A stretch of DNA of 248,000 nt from Andalucia godoyi And28. Its lineage: Eukaryota > Protista > Jakobida. A program made the translations under genes and the position numbers. Under the pieces are notes generated by a model. It made no database searches, was not told the DNA's origin, and saw only the letters and a list, made by a program, of their open reading frames with translations. Numbering within the stretch: position 1 is the first letter of the stretch; every line of letters begins with the position of its first letter. Below, piece by piece: positions 172,809 through 183,669 of the stretch. The stretch spans positions 144,001-392,000 of the forward strand of contig VRVR01000013.1 in the NCBI GenBank assembly GCA_009859145.1. The letters run 5' to 3'.

Positions 172809-174830
172809 ATGAGTGAAGTTGTGCAGCCGGATAGTTTCCAGCTGCTGTTCGGAGACTCGCTGGATGAGAAACTGCTTTCAAAGACGTGGCAGGACCGAGT
172901 GGCTGCGCTTGCAGACTCGACGCTGTTGTTAAAGCAATCTGCTGCTGTGAATCCGAAGCTTGTTCTGTGTCCTTCGACAACGTTGCCTGTGAGCAAGTCC
173001 GTACTATTTGAGGCTTATGCGGCGCTAATTAAGCGAGGACTCGAAGACAAGATCATGCATGTGTCGTTCGCTGCGGCAAAGCTACTCAGAGATGTGCTGC
173101 AACCTTCAGACCCCGATATCCAAGAAATCACTCAGAAGTGCTCGAGGCAGAATGAAGCCGGCATTGTGAAGGCGTTTGATCCTGTCTGCGATGCGTTGAT
173201 TGCGAAGCTGAATGATACAAACGGCCGGGTCCGCACCATGGGACAGACAGGCCTTTTGACATTGGCGAACCACCCGTGTCTCAAATCGGGCCCTGTGCTT
173301 TGCCGGCTTGTCAACTTTCAGTCCAAAACTGCTTTTCAACCCAAGGGCCTTGAAGCAAGGCTGCAGAGTCTTCAGCAGGTCCTTTCCAAGGACAAATCCG
173401 TAGAAGATGCCAGCCTCCTGGAAGGTCTGATACGTTTTCTTTGCCCTTTGCTTACCCATGCAAATGCTTCTGTGCGCGAGAATGCATTTGCGTGCTGCAA
173501 AATCTTGCATTCACAAGACTCTGCGATGTTTTCCGCAGTGCTGGAAAGGGTGCTGGCCGAATGCGGCCTCTCTTCTGCACAGAGCTCAAAGTCTTCCGCC
173601 TCGAGGACGCGACTCTCGGTGCGCAGCAGCTCCGGTCACACAGTGTCTTCCAGTACTGACAACAGCGCAGCCGCCAATGCAATGCTTCAGACGGTGCTGG
173701 AATACTGTCTGTCTAGAGGCGTTCCGCGAACTGCGGACTTCCGTGGTGACACGACGAACGAGTGCAATGGCACCGCAGATGGCTCTGGCCCCCCGGATGT
173801 CGTTGCTTCTTCTCGCACTCCGTCTCCGAATTTAGTGACGGATTCAGAGTTGTCCTTAATTTCACGATTTTCGAGAGAGAAAAAATTCAAATACGAGTCG
173901 AATGCTGATTTTTGCGCTCGTCTCACACATCTGTTCATGAATCAGAGCGAGCTGCGGTCACTTCCAGACGTCTTGAACTGTTTGCCGAATCTTTCCGTGC
174001 TGTACGCATACGGCAACCAAATCAAAGATATTTCTGCATTGAGTCGAGGTGGAACGTTGCTGTCAAGCATTTATCTGCAGGATAATGCCATTTCCGACTT
174101 GTCGCCAAGCGTATGCATTTCTCTGTGCAATGTTCGGAAGCTCTTCCTTGACCACAACGCGATCTGCGAGTTGTCCGGTTTGGAGTGCATGTCCCATCTG
174201 GAGGAGTTGCATGTCTCTCATCAACAGGGCTGCAATGTTGGCCATCCGCTTACTATCGCCCCGGCCTCACTGGAAGCTCTGTCAAAGACGTTGCGAATTC
174301 TGAATATTGCAGGAAACGGCATTTCGACGCTTGGCCCGTTTTCACCCATGAGATCTCTCGAAGTTCTCATTGTGGCGAAGAATGACATTTCAGACACCGT
174401 CTTGGAGGAGACGCTCCAAGTGCTTCGCAGATTCAGCAGACTGCAAGAAGTTGATTTTCGAGGCAATCCGATTTGCAGCCTGGGCCCCAAGCTGCGGGAG
174501 CATGTCATAGTGAACACAAGCCGCATTCTCGTCGTCAACGGTTCCGAAGTCAAAGAGCAAGATCGAATGTTCGTTTGTCGTTTCTCGCAGCTGAAGAAGA
174601 AGCGCGATCAGCAGGAAGTTCCAATTCGAGAGTTTGCCGATTCAGAAGACGGTGCCGCACAATCCGGCTCAGAAGATCGCAGCGTGCACTATTCTCAGCA
174701 CGCCGAGTCGGATTCGAAGTTCCCCAGAACAGACCCTCATATTGTTTCGCTGCCTCCGCGGACGTCCTCTGTGCCAAGTGCTGGTGGCTTCCGAATTGAC
174801 TCGAGAAAACTCCCGTGTAAGTTCGGATAG
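172809..174830 (+). CDS. TOG/HEAT plus leucine-rich-repeat protein (PPP1R42-like)
   Basis: HEAT N-terminus; LYAYGNQI, LFLDHNAI, VDFRGNPI. Confidence 0.7.
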   Translation: MSEVVQPDSFQLLFGDSLDEKLLSKTWQDRVAALADSTLLLKQSAAVNPKLVLCPSTTLPVSKSVLFEAYAALIKRGLEDKIMHVSFAAAKLLRDVLQPSDPDIQEITQKCSRQNEAGIVKAFDPVCDALIAKLNDTNGRVRTMGQTGLLTLANHPCLKSGPVLCRLVNFQSKTAFQPKGLEARLQSLQQVLSKDKSVEDASLLEGLIRFLCPLLTHANASVRENAFACCKILHSQDSAMFSAVLERVLAECGLSSAQSSKSSASRTRLSVRSSSGHTVSSSTDNSAAANAMLQTVLEYCLSRGVPRTADFRGDTTNECNGTADGSGPPDVVASSRTPSPNLVTDSELSLISRFSREKKFKYESNADFCARLTHLFMNQSELRSLPDVLNCLPNLSVLYAYGNQIKDISALSRGGTLLSSIYLQDNAISDLSPSVCISLCNVRKLFLDHNAICELSGLECMSHLEELHVSHQQGCNVGHPLTIAPASLEALSKTLRILNIAGNGISTLGPFSPMRSLEVLIVAKNDISDTVLEETLQVLRRFSRLQEVDFRGNPICSLGPKLREHVIVNTSRILVVNGSEVKEQDRMFVCRFSQLKKKRDQQEVPIREFADSEDGAAQSGSEDRSVHYSQHAESDSKFPRTDPHIVSLPPRTSSVPSAGGFRIDSRKLPCKFG

Positions 174831-175132
174831 GTTGATCAGAACATTCCTCTGCCGTCGACTTCAACAAAAACGTAGTGTACAGAAAAGGAATGTATATGTA
174901 TATGTATATGCGTACCACATGTTTTTTTTAAAAATTATTAATTAATTCGAGAACAACAAGCAAGGGGGCGAATCAATCATCAAACAAGGATGCGAAGCGG
175001 CGAACGAGGACGATCCAACCAACAAACAAACCAGCAAATCACACAAAACCAAGCAAACACAAAACACAAACGCTGCGCTTCAAAAACAAAAACAAAAAAC
175101 AAAAAAAGAAACGCAATCTGGCAAGCCGTGTT

Positions 175133-176911
175133 TTAATTCAGCAGCTGCGGATAGCTAGGGAAGTACATGTTGTCTCGCACAAGGCGCTCGATCGATCGAG
175201 GTCTTGGGATCGTCGCATTGTTAGTATCAAATGCAATAGTTGCAACCTTCACTGCGATGATCTCCGAGACTTCACGGATGCGCTGGATAGAGGGGAACAG
175301 CCGTCCCTCTTTTTCCTCATCTCCGGTGACAAGGCTCGAGATGGTCTGCGCAGCAACAAAGAACATTTCGTCTGTAACGTGCTTGGCATACGCGGACAGA
175401 ACACCTTGCGCAACACCGGGGAACACATACACATTGTTGGCCTGCGACGGGCACACTGTGTTGCCCTTGATAGACAGCTTGTTGAAAGGGGATCCCGAAG
175501 CAAACAGGCAGCGACCGTCAGTCCACGCGAACGCCTGCTCGGCAGTGCACTCCGCACACGATGTAGGGTTTGAGAGCGGGAACACCACAGGGCGTTTGTT
175601 GATTTCGGCCATGTAGCGAACGCATTCCTCGGTAAATGTGCCGCCCTGTCCAGACACTCCAATAATTGCGGTCGGCTTAAGGGTTTTGACGACTTCGAAC
175701 CAATCTGCAATTTCAGGGAATCCCTCATGAGCAAATCGAAGCTTGTGGTGCTGAAGCTCGTGCTTTCTGCTGGCGACAACGAGACCCTTCGAGTCAAACA
175801 AGAAGCAGCGCTTGATTGCCTCTTCTTCCGGAACGCCCTCTTGCTTGATGGCCTCGGCAACCAAATCGGCAATGCCGCGAGCTGCTTCTCCGGCTCCCAT
175901 AAACAGGACACGTTCGTCCTTCATGCTTGTTCCCTTGATGCGAACAGCCGACAGCAAGCCAGCAAGCGTAACTGCAGCGGTACCCTGGATGTCGTCATTG
176001 AAGGTGAGAATCTTATCTCTATAATGTTCCAGTAAATGGAACGCAGATGAAGATTGAACATCCTCCCACTGAATCAGCACATGTGCGAATTTCTTCGTGG
176101 CTGCCTGCACAAACTCCTCGACGAGTTCGTAGTACTCGGGGCCCTTCTCACGGTGGCGGCTCAGTCCAGGGTAGAGAGGATCTGCCAGCAGCTTCTTGTT
176201 GTCCGTTCCAACATCCAACGTGATAGGAAGCGTTGTGGCCGGATGAACACCTCCCACAGCCGTGAACAAGGTGAGCTTTCCAACCGGAATCGGATGTCCA
176301 TTGCAACCGAGATCTCCGAGTCCCAGGATCCGACCACCGTCTGTCACCACAATTGCTCTAACCTGATCCGTCGGATAGTTGTCGAGAATTTCAGCAACGT
176401 GTCCCTTATCCTCGATCGAGATGTACAATCCGCGCGGACGATTGAAGATGTGTCCGTACCGAAGACAGGCCTCGCCAACTGTCGGCGTGTACACAATAGG
176501 CATCAGCTCTTCAATATGCTGTCCCAAAAGCGAGTAGAACAGCGTGATGTTGCGATCCTCCAGAAGATGCAGGAACTGGTACTTGTCAAGCGGAGTTGCA
176601 CAGCGCTGCAGAGACGCGTATGCTCGCTCAACCTGCGTTTCAAGAGTCGCAACACGCGGAGGAATAAGCCCGCGAAGCCCAAGACGGTCGCGCTCTTCCA
176701 TCGTAAACGCAGTCGACTTGTTGTAAAGCCGAGAGTTCAAAACGTCAATCCCCCGAAGTACGGGAGGGTCAAAGAGCGAAAGGTTCTTTCGAGCCGAAGA
176801 CGCAGCATACAAAGACGACCCACCAGGCGTCACAGGAGACTTTGGAGTTTCCGTAGGTGTGCTCGCTGACATTTTCCCCCGTCCTCTGTTCCCAACAATC
176901 AATAAGTACAA
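175133..176911 (-). CDS. Malic enzyme
   Basis: VYTPTVG, TDGGRILGLGDLG, NDDIQGT, PLSNPT. Confidence 0.96.
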   Translation of the reverse strand: MYLLIVGNRGRGKMSASTPTETPKSPVTPGGSSLYAASSARKNLSLFDPPVLRGIDVLNSRLYNKSTAFTMEERDRLGLRGLIPPRVATLETQVERAYASLQRCATPLDKYQFLHLLEDRNITLFYSLLGQHIEELMPIVYTPTVGEACLRYGHIFNRPRGLYISIEDKGHVAEILDNYPTDQVRAIVVTDGGRILGLGDLGCNGHPIPVGKLTLFTAVGGVHPATTLPITLDVGTDNKKLLADPLYPGLSRHREKGPEYYELVEEFVQAATKKFAHVLIQWEDVQSSSAFHLLEHYRDKILTFNDDIQGTAAVTLAGLLSAVRIKGTSMKDERVLFMGAGEAARGIADLVAEAIKQEGVPEEEAIKRCFLFDSKGLVVASRKHELQHHKLRFAHEGFPEIADWFEVVKTLKPTAIIGVSGQGGTFTEECVRYMAEINKRPVVFPLSNPTSCAECTAEQAFAWTDGRCLFASGSPFNKLSIKGNTVCPSQANNVYVFPGVAQGVLSAYAKHVTDEMFFVAAQTISSLVTGDEEKEGRLFPSIQRIREVSEIIAVKVATIAFDTNNATIPRPRSIERLVRDNMYFPSYPQLLN

Positions 176912-177570
176912 AAAAATACCTTAATCCTTTTAATCTTTAAGAAAACCAGAATAAAACGAAAACACGGAAAATATACAAGAGAAGAAAAAAGTCCAGTGCT
177001 GCACGACTGTTGGACGAAGGACGGCAGCGGTCCGCAGCGGAAACCCCAGACAGACGTTTACGCTTTTATTATTTTATTGGTGTTTTTTACGAGCGTTGAA
177101 GATTCTCTTTTTACTTTTTTAAAAATCTTTTCGGGGCACTGCAGGCATGGTAATCCGTTCAAAAGTTCGATGCGCGCTCAAAGTACAAGAGACGAAGAGC
177201 CAACAACTCATCCGTTGTTGTTGCGGAGGCTCACCAGTCTCCCGAGGCAAAAGTATTCATTGGATTGGTGGTGCTGCCGTATCGAAAGTGCCGTTTGAAT
177301 TTTTAGAAGAGAAGAAAAAAAATATGATATTCTGAATAAGACGGGCGTGGAAGCGACAGAAAATCTGGGCGAGGTGTGAGTTGGAGGACAGTAAGCTGTA
177401 GGTCACATTTTTTAAATATTACTATTATTATTATGAGATTCGTTTCTTCCTAGTGTACCTTTTTATTTTCCATTTCCTAATCCAAAGTTTCTTCTATTAC
177501 AGACACACACACAGAGACACAGACAGGCACACATGCACCAAAAAGATGTTCTGCAAAGTCCCGTGTTCGC

Positions 177571-179226
177571 TTACTGCTTGCCCTTCGGTCCACCAGCCTG
177601 GCGAGCAACAATGATGCTATCCACTCGGAGAACATCAACAGCCGCAGACACTGCCAGCCGGATGCCCCACTGTCGGGTCTCGAGGGCATCCCAGACTTGC
177701 ATTTCTGCTGCATCTCCGATTGCCATCGAGAGAACATCCACACAGGCATTCTTTGCACCCTGGGAATGCTTCGCATACAGCGACGATACAAGTTCCGTTG
177801 CATTGGCACCAGAGTTCTCCGCAAGCGTTCTGGGGATCATTTCCAAAGCCTCGGCAAACTTCTTGATTGCATACTGATCAAGTCCCGGGCACGAATCTCC
177901 ATACCGCTGAATTGCCAATGCAAGCTCCATTTCGGATGCTCCGGCGCCCGGAATGACAACCGGGTGTCGGCAAAACACCTTGAACGTGTTGAGAGCCTTG
178001 TCAATCGCACGCTCGACATCGTCCATGATGTTTCCAGTGGCTCCACGAACAACAATGGTTGAGATGCGGCTGGTGTCGTCTCCAACAAAGACAGTGACCT
178101 TGTGTCCTGCAATTTCGCGTGATTCCACAGCGGTCGAATGTCCAACTTCTTCCTCGGTGGGCTTCCCGAGTCTGATCAGCGGTGTTGCTCCAATTGCCGA
178201 GCACACGCGGCGAACATCAAACTTGGACGGCACCTTGATTGCCATGATCTTGTGTCTTTCCAAAAAGTGGAGTGCAAGCTCCGAGATGTTCTGTGCACAC
178301 ACAACGACATTGACTCCGCAATCTGCGATCTCCTGGATCGAATCTCCCAGAATCTTCTCTTCTTCCTGGGAAAACGATTTCAGCTGTTCTGCAGAAGTGA
178401 TCGTGACGGTGCCCTTTGCCTCGGTCGACGAATGGTCCATGGGGCAATTGTACACTGCAATCTTTGCATTCTTGACATTGTGGACGGTTCCCGTCACAGG
178501 TCTTGCCAGCACAAATCCCGGAAGGAACGTCGTCTGTGCAACGGACGCACCCTCAATCTTTGCCACACGCACATTGTCAACGCTGAATGCAACCTGCGCA
178601 AACTTGTTCATTCCCTCGTTGTTGGCATCCGAGTCTTCCACATCCTGCTTCTTGTTCTTCGGCAACGCGTGGATGCAAGCCTTGGCAACGATCGGTGCCA
178701 AGATGTCTTCATATCCAAACTGTTTTGCTGCAATGACGGACTTCAGAGCCTTGATAACGGACTCCTCGTTTCGCACATCCACCTTTTCTGCCACGGCAAG
178801 CGAATCCAAAAACTCAAGAGTCTTCTTTCCGGCCTTGGAGTATCCCTCCAGGATATCAGACGGATGCAGTCCCATGCGCAAGAGCGGCTCCGCCTGCGCA
178901 AGGAGCTCCCCAGCAAGCGCAACAACGAAGTTCGTTCCGTCTCCAACCTCCTTTTGCTGCGTTTCTGCAGCATGCACAATGATCTTCGCTGCCGGATGCT
179001 GAATTTCGAGTTCTCTGACAATCGTCGATGCATCGTGCGTTACGAAAATCTTCGATAAGTGGTTCACGACCATTTTGTTCATTCCGTTGGGTCCCAGAGA
179101 AGTACGAATGAGATTCATGAAGTCCTTCGTAGCTTCGATGTTGCGAATGATCGCCTCCTCCACTCCAGAAAGGTGTTTCGTACCTTCCTTGAAAATACCA
179201 CCCATAGATGGCTGACCGAACGACAT
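177571..179226 (-). CDS. CCT8: CCT chaperonin theta subunit
   Basis: TSLGPNGMNK, GDGTNFV, VKNAKIAVY. Confidence 0.95.
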   Translation of the reverse strand: MSFGQPSMGGIFKEGTKHLSGVEEAIIRNIEATKDFMNLIRTSLGPNGMNKMVVNHLSKIFVTHDASTIVRELEIQHPAAKIIVHAAETQQKEVGDGTNFVVALAGELLAQAEPLLRMGLHPSDILEGYSKAGKKTLEFLDSLAVAEKVDVRNEESVIKALKSVIAAKQFGYEDILAPIVAKACIHALPKNKKQDVEDSDANNEGMNKFAQVAFSVDNVRVAKIEGASVAQTTFLPGFVLARPVTGTVHNVKNAKIAVYNCPMDHSSTEAKGTVTITSAEQLKSFSQEEEKILGDSIQEIADCGVNVVVCAQNISELALHFLERHKIMAIKVPSKFDVRRVCSAIGATPLIRLGKPTEEEVGHSTAVESREIAGHKVTVFVGDDTSRISTIVVRGATGNIMDDVERAIDKALNTFKVFCRHPVVIPGAGASEMELALAIQRYGDSCPGLDQYAIKKFAEALEMIPRTLAENSGANATELVSSLYAKHSQGAKNACVDVLSMAIGDAAEMQVWDALETRQWGIRLAVSAAVDVLRVDSIIVARQAGGPKGKQ

Positions 179227-179811
179227 TATGCAATAAAATCCGACTGTGTAATCTCCTTTTTCTTTATGAAAAAAAAATAAAATATTATAACAGGAACCTC
179301 GGAAAAACTCGGAAACACAAAAAAAAAGAAGGAAAATAAACTCAGAGAATTATGATTACCTCCAAACCGAGGACGATGAATGCGACTATTCGTATGTGAG
179401 AAAGGGAAAAAAAAAATGTCATTGAAGTGTGTGTATGTGTTTGCGTTGGAGAGAGATTTGGCGAAATGACTCAAAACGTCAATGTTCCTTGGGCGGGAAT
179501 GACAATTTCTGAAATCATATGAGTTTCGGAATTGGGACTGACACTCTCTACTCAACTCGACAATTGTCGTGTCTCTTAGCCGATTTCTTTCGTATTATTG
179601 TATGTACATATATGTATATATTTTTCAAAACAGATTTTATTGACATTATGTTTCCTTAATGCTGTTCATTCTTTGTTTTGTTTTGTTTTGTTTTGTTTTG
179701 GTTTGTTGTTGCTGTTTGCTGTTCATCAGTCAGTCATTTCGGCAATTTTCCACCCGGGGTGCTTGGCGGGTACAGTAAGCGAAAAGAAGGAGACGGTAAG
179801 AAAACAAGGGT

Positions 179812-181566
179812 ATGCTTCCCGCCGGACTCGGAATCTTGTTCATCTTGACATCTGCGCTTGCATTTCTGCTGGGATCGTTTCAAATATCGATTGCATGGCT
179901 GATCATCTTGTGCATTGGCCTGTTCTTTCTTGATCATTATTCTGGGTTTTTCGAGCAAGTGCTCTTGAAGAAGCTAAATGCGAAGAGACAGAATGCGTCT
180001 CTAAAAAACGGCACTCTTAAGCAAGGATTGACAAAGCAAGCTGGCGCTCTTGCTGGCGCTGGCGCTGCTGGAGGTAATGCGTCAAGAGATCCGTACTCCA
180101 TGCTGTATCGGTCGGTGAATCCACAGTCGTTTGTGCCGTTGCTGTCTGTCACAGAGACTGGCTCTTCCTTGACAGGCAGTTCTCCGATGGCAAGCTCGTC
180201 GTTTGCGGAATCGAGAGAATCTCTGCTGAACACGATTATTGGAATGTACTTTTCACAGTTTGCAAAGTCAAGATTCCCTGCAGATTTCCGCGCACAGCTG
180301 AACCGAGAACTTCGGCAAGTGTTCACGCAACTTCCGTCTCTTGTTAAGACGATGTTTTCTTCGGCAAAAGCAAGACAGAACATTGAGATCAAGTCCCTCA
180401 ACATTGGATCGGCTCCTCCACGAATTGCCAATCTGACGTGTCGAAAGGTCTCTGAAGATGTTTTGCATCTCGATTTTGACGCTCTGTACACCGGCGATGC
180501 GCGTCTTGAAGTGAGCTTGCACACTATGGGGGGCGGGATGAAGATCAAAGTGTCGGATTTACAAATACAAGGAAGAATGCGGCTGGAGTGGGAGTTCTAC
180601 TCGGCACCTTCATTCACACGAAACTTGTCTCTCGCGTTTGTTTCGATGCCGACAGTGAATTTGAAGGTGACTGCGGCATCCGTTGCGCTGAATGATGTTC
180701 CTATTCTTGGAGAAAGGATCCGCTCGGATTTACTTGGGTTGCCGAAACGGATGGTACTGCCGGAAAAGTGGTGGATTGTTCGGGACGAGAATGAACTGTC
180801 GAAATTGCGTGATGTTATTGCTGATTATGTCGGTCGCGAGAGCACCGGAGCAGCGTCCAGTCCGGGGAGCTCATCTCTTGGAAACGGAAACAGAAACGGG
180901 AGTGGAAGTGGCAGCGAACCAGGTGGCAACCATGGGTCGAAATTGCCGCGAATGTCCAATTCTGTAGATGCAGACTACTTTGCATCGACACTGTCTCCAT
181001 CCAGCTCGTTCATCAGCATGGATGCGATGGGAGCTGGCGCGGGGTCTGGAGCGTACCCGGGATCTTCCCACAGTACCTCTACGTCGGATACGGAAGAATC
181101 GCCGGCTAAATACTCAATTCCGCGCGTGTCCACCCCGCTGCGGCCGCTGGCAAACATCAAGAACGAACTCGACGATGTTCTTGCCCATGGAACCGATAAC
181201 TCTGCGCAAATTGCAGGCACCATCTTGCACAACCTGCGGCTGCTATTCCATTCCCAAAGAAAGGTCGGAGTGGATCCGATGGTGTTTGGCAACTCCTTCA
181301 CTGTGTTGGAACGGCTGATGGACACGGATCCAGACAGTGTGTTGGATGTGATTCTGCAGCCAGACAACTTTGCTTTTCTTTGCTGCGATGTTGCCGAGCG
181401 ATGTTCTTGGGCCGACAATCTGTTACTCAAATTGTTTAGTTCTTCTCGTTCAGCAGTGAGAGAAAGAGTGAACGACCTCTTAGATGACCTGGAATGTAGA
181501 TATGTTATTTATGAGATTCGCAGTCGCCATTCGTCTTCGAATCCCGACCGTCTTGCAAACTCCTAG
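179812..181566 (+). CDS. SMP-domain membrane-contact protein
   Basis: N-terminal TMs; SLNIGSAPPRI..KVSDLQIQGRMR. Confidence 0.6.
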   Translation: MLPAGLGILFILTSALAFLLGSFQISIAWLIILCIGLFFLDHYSGFFEQVLLKKLNAKRQNASLKNGTLKQGLTKQAGALAGAGAAGGNASRDPYSMLYRSVNPQSFVPLLSVTETGSSLTGSSPMASSSFAESRESLLNTIIGMYFSQFAKSRFPADFRAQLNRELRQVFTQLPSLVKTMFSSAKARQNIEIKSLNIGSAPPRIANLTCRKVSEDVLHLDFDALYTGDARLEVSLHTMGGGMKIKVSDLQIQGRMRLEWEFYSAPSFTRNLSLAFVSMPTVNLKVTAASVALNDVPILGERIRSDLLGLPKRMVLPEKWWIVRDENELSKLRDVIADYVGRESTGAASSPGSSSLGNGNRNGSGSGSEPGGNHGSKLPRMSNSVDADYFASTLSPSSSFISMDAMGAGAGSGAYPGSSHSTSTSDTEESPAKYSIPRVSTPLRPLANIKNELDDVLAHGTDNSAQIAGTILHNLRLLFHSQRKVGVDPMVFGNSFTVLERLMDTDPDSVLDVILQPDNFAFLCCDVAERCSWADNLLLKLFSSSRSAVRERVNDLLDDLECRYVIYEIRSRHSSSNPDRLANS

Positions 181567-181859
181567 CTGTTTGTCGATTGCGTTCGCACAGATGTTTGTC
181601 GATTGCGTTCGCACAGATGTTTGTCGATTGCGTTCGCACAGATGTTTGGTGTTTAATGCGTGCGTATTGGGGTGTTTCTTTTTTTTTTCCCTTCACCCCC
181701 CACTCCCTTCTCCTCAAAGGATCATGTTCGCTTTATTTTGTATCCAAATCCGCACCTCACCTTCTCTTCCCTCTCCTCTCCCTCCCAGCAAGTTCATTGT
181801 ACATAATTCACCCAATATACACAATACATGTAGCGCATTCCGCATTTCATTCTTCGCGG

Positions 181860-183044
181860 TTAGCTAGACTGGCTGTTACCATCGTCGCGAACCAAGATTA
181901 GAGCTGAGGATCCAAACGGAATGATTGCATCAACGCCACGATACTGCAAGGTGGGTACTGGGACGGCTTGGTGTTTTGATGGCACGAAGCCCCACATGTA
182001 CAGATCTCCTCCGTCATCCAGGACTGCAGACCAGTGGGATCCAGTCACCACGGTTCTAGTCTGCCATCCGTTTGAAAATGCAGACTCGTTGACAGCAGTC
182101 GCAACGTACGCATTGTTCGGATACGAGTGTCCAAGCTGCCCATGGACATTCACACCCCACGAGAACAGCGATCCATCCAGCGTCTGCGCTACAACATGTC
182201 CAAACCCAGCTGAAACAGAAATCACGCATTCCTCCTCGCCAATCGCCACTGGCCGCGCCCTCCCAACGCTCTTGAACATCCCGTCTGCAGAAAGCCCACA
182301 TGAGTTATCTCCGAAGAAGTAAACCTGTCCAAGATCCGAAATGCAGAGTGTGAAGCACGGCCCTGACACAATTCGAGAAATCGATTGGTCCAGCAAGTGT
182401 TTGACATAGCGAGGATACCGGAAGCCCACGTCAAGCATCGCTCCTTGCCCGGTCTCTCCACGAGGGCCATACCCAGATGCCAGAACTTTTCCACTTTGCG
182501 TTAGAAAAACACAGTGCTTCTCTCCAACCGCAGACTCCACAATCAGCTCATCGGACACAACCGTGAGTGGTTCCCAATGATCGCCATGCTGCAACGTAGT
182601 CCGCGTGTCCACCATCGCCAAACCCCAGAGGAACGCTGTGCCGTTCTCGGAAACCACCGAAAACATCGAATCAGAACAAGAGATGCTTGCGATCGGCATG
182701 TTCTCAAAGAAGGCAATTTTTGAAATGCGTTGTTCTGCACTCGTTTTGGCGTGTAGACTCACGGTGTAAACACACGTAACTGATGCATTGGAATCGCCCG
182801 AGCTTTGGATCACAGCGAGTGCGTGCTTGGATGATCCAACGACTTTGAGAACGGTACCTTCAGAGTTCAAAAGATCGAGCAGTGGTGCAGAGTCAGAGTC
182901 GCTGTGGTTCCCAGCTAGAAATACCAACGGCATCCTCCGTTCGAACTGTTGACTGAACTGAAGCGACGGTGATCTCAGTGGAAAACAATTTACATAAATA
183001 AATAATACGAAAAATCTTTGAAGCAAACAACGACATTGTTGCAA
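181860..183044 (-). CDS. RCC1-repeat protein
   Basis: AVGEKHC, SAGFGH, GQLGH. Confidence 0.75.
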   Translation of the reverse strand: MQQCRCLLQRFFVLFIYVNCFPLRSPSLQFSQQFERRMPLVFLAGNHSDSDSAPLLDLLNSEGTVLKVVGSSKHALAVIQSSGDSNASVTCVYTVSLHAKTSAEQRISKIAFFENMPIASISCSDSMFSVVSENGTAFLWGLAMVDTRTTLQHGDHWEPLTVVSDELIVESAVGEKHCVFLTQSGKVLASGYGPRGETGQGAMLDVGFRYPRYVKHLLDQSISRIVSGPCFTLCISDLGQVYFFGDNSCGLSADGMFKSVGRARPVAIGEEECVISVSAGFGHVVAQTLDGSLFSWGVNVHGQLGHSYPNNAYVATAVNESAFSNGWQTRTVVTGSHWSAVLDDGGDLYMWGFVPSKHQAVPVPTLQYRGVDAIIPFGSSALILVRDDGNSQSS

Positions 183045-183483
183045 CGGCTGACTGCTTTGTTTGTCAGCATTGAAACATCAAACAATGCGATTTCCTTACT
183101 GTAGTCAAGTCTAGAATTTCTTTCATTCTTTCCCTTTTGTCTTTGTATTATTCCTTCTGTTTGCTTGTGTTTTTCATAATCGAACCCTCAAACAGGACAT
183201 TTCATCAGAGACAAAACATCTCATGCTCCAAACAGGCATCTTATTAACAAACGCAAACCGGCCATGCCCCGAAGATAGCGAGAGCCATGCAACCCGTTGA
183301 ATCCCCTCTCGTCGGAGGCAGAGAGCAGCAAGACGAAGCGATGACCCTTTTGATGCAGAGCAATCTGCATTGAAGAGTGGGTGCTCGCCCCCCAAATAAA
183401 ATAGCAAAAGAGCATGTGGCTTTGGACCTGTCTTTGGTGACGGCTTAACCGATGATGATCATGATGATTCATGTCTTGGCGAG
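183045..183483 (-). mobile_element. Family C copy 6
   Basis: Shared core; gctgac/gtcagc terminal hairpin. Confidence 0.75.
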
Positions 183484-183669
183484 CGACAAAAGCAACTACG
183501 GTTTCTGAAGAATGTCGTGAAGTACAGCAGCTGACTGTGTTGGACATTTTTTGAAATAATTTTTAGTTTTCATTTAATAATGATAATAATTGTTATTATT
183601 ATCATTATTATTTGGATTTTTTATGGCACGCGAGCAAGGGCCAGATAGTGCAAGGGGCTAACGTCAGGA

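Noticed and set aside
177953-179058. 349-aa and 306-aa plus-strand ORFs
   Set aside because: Antisense to CCT8.
181569-181643. Three 25-bp direct repeats (gtttgtcgattgcgttcgcacagat), CRISPR-like in length
   Set aside because: Head-to-tail with no spacers and no cas genes; an ordinary minisatellite in a 3' region.
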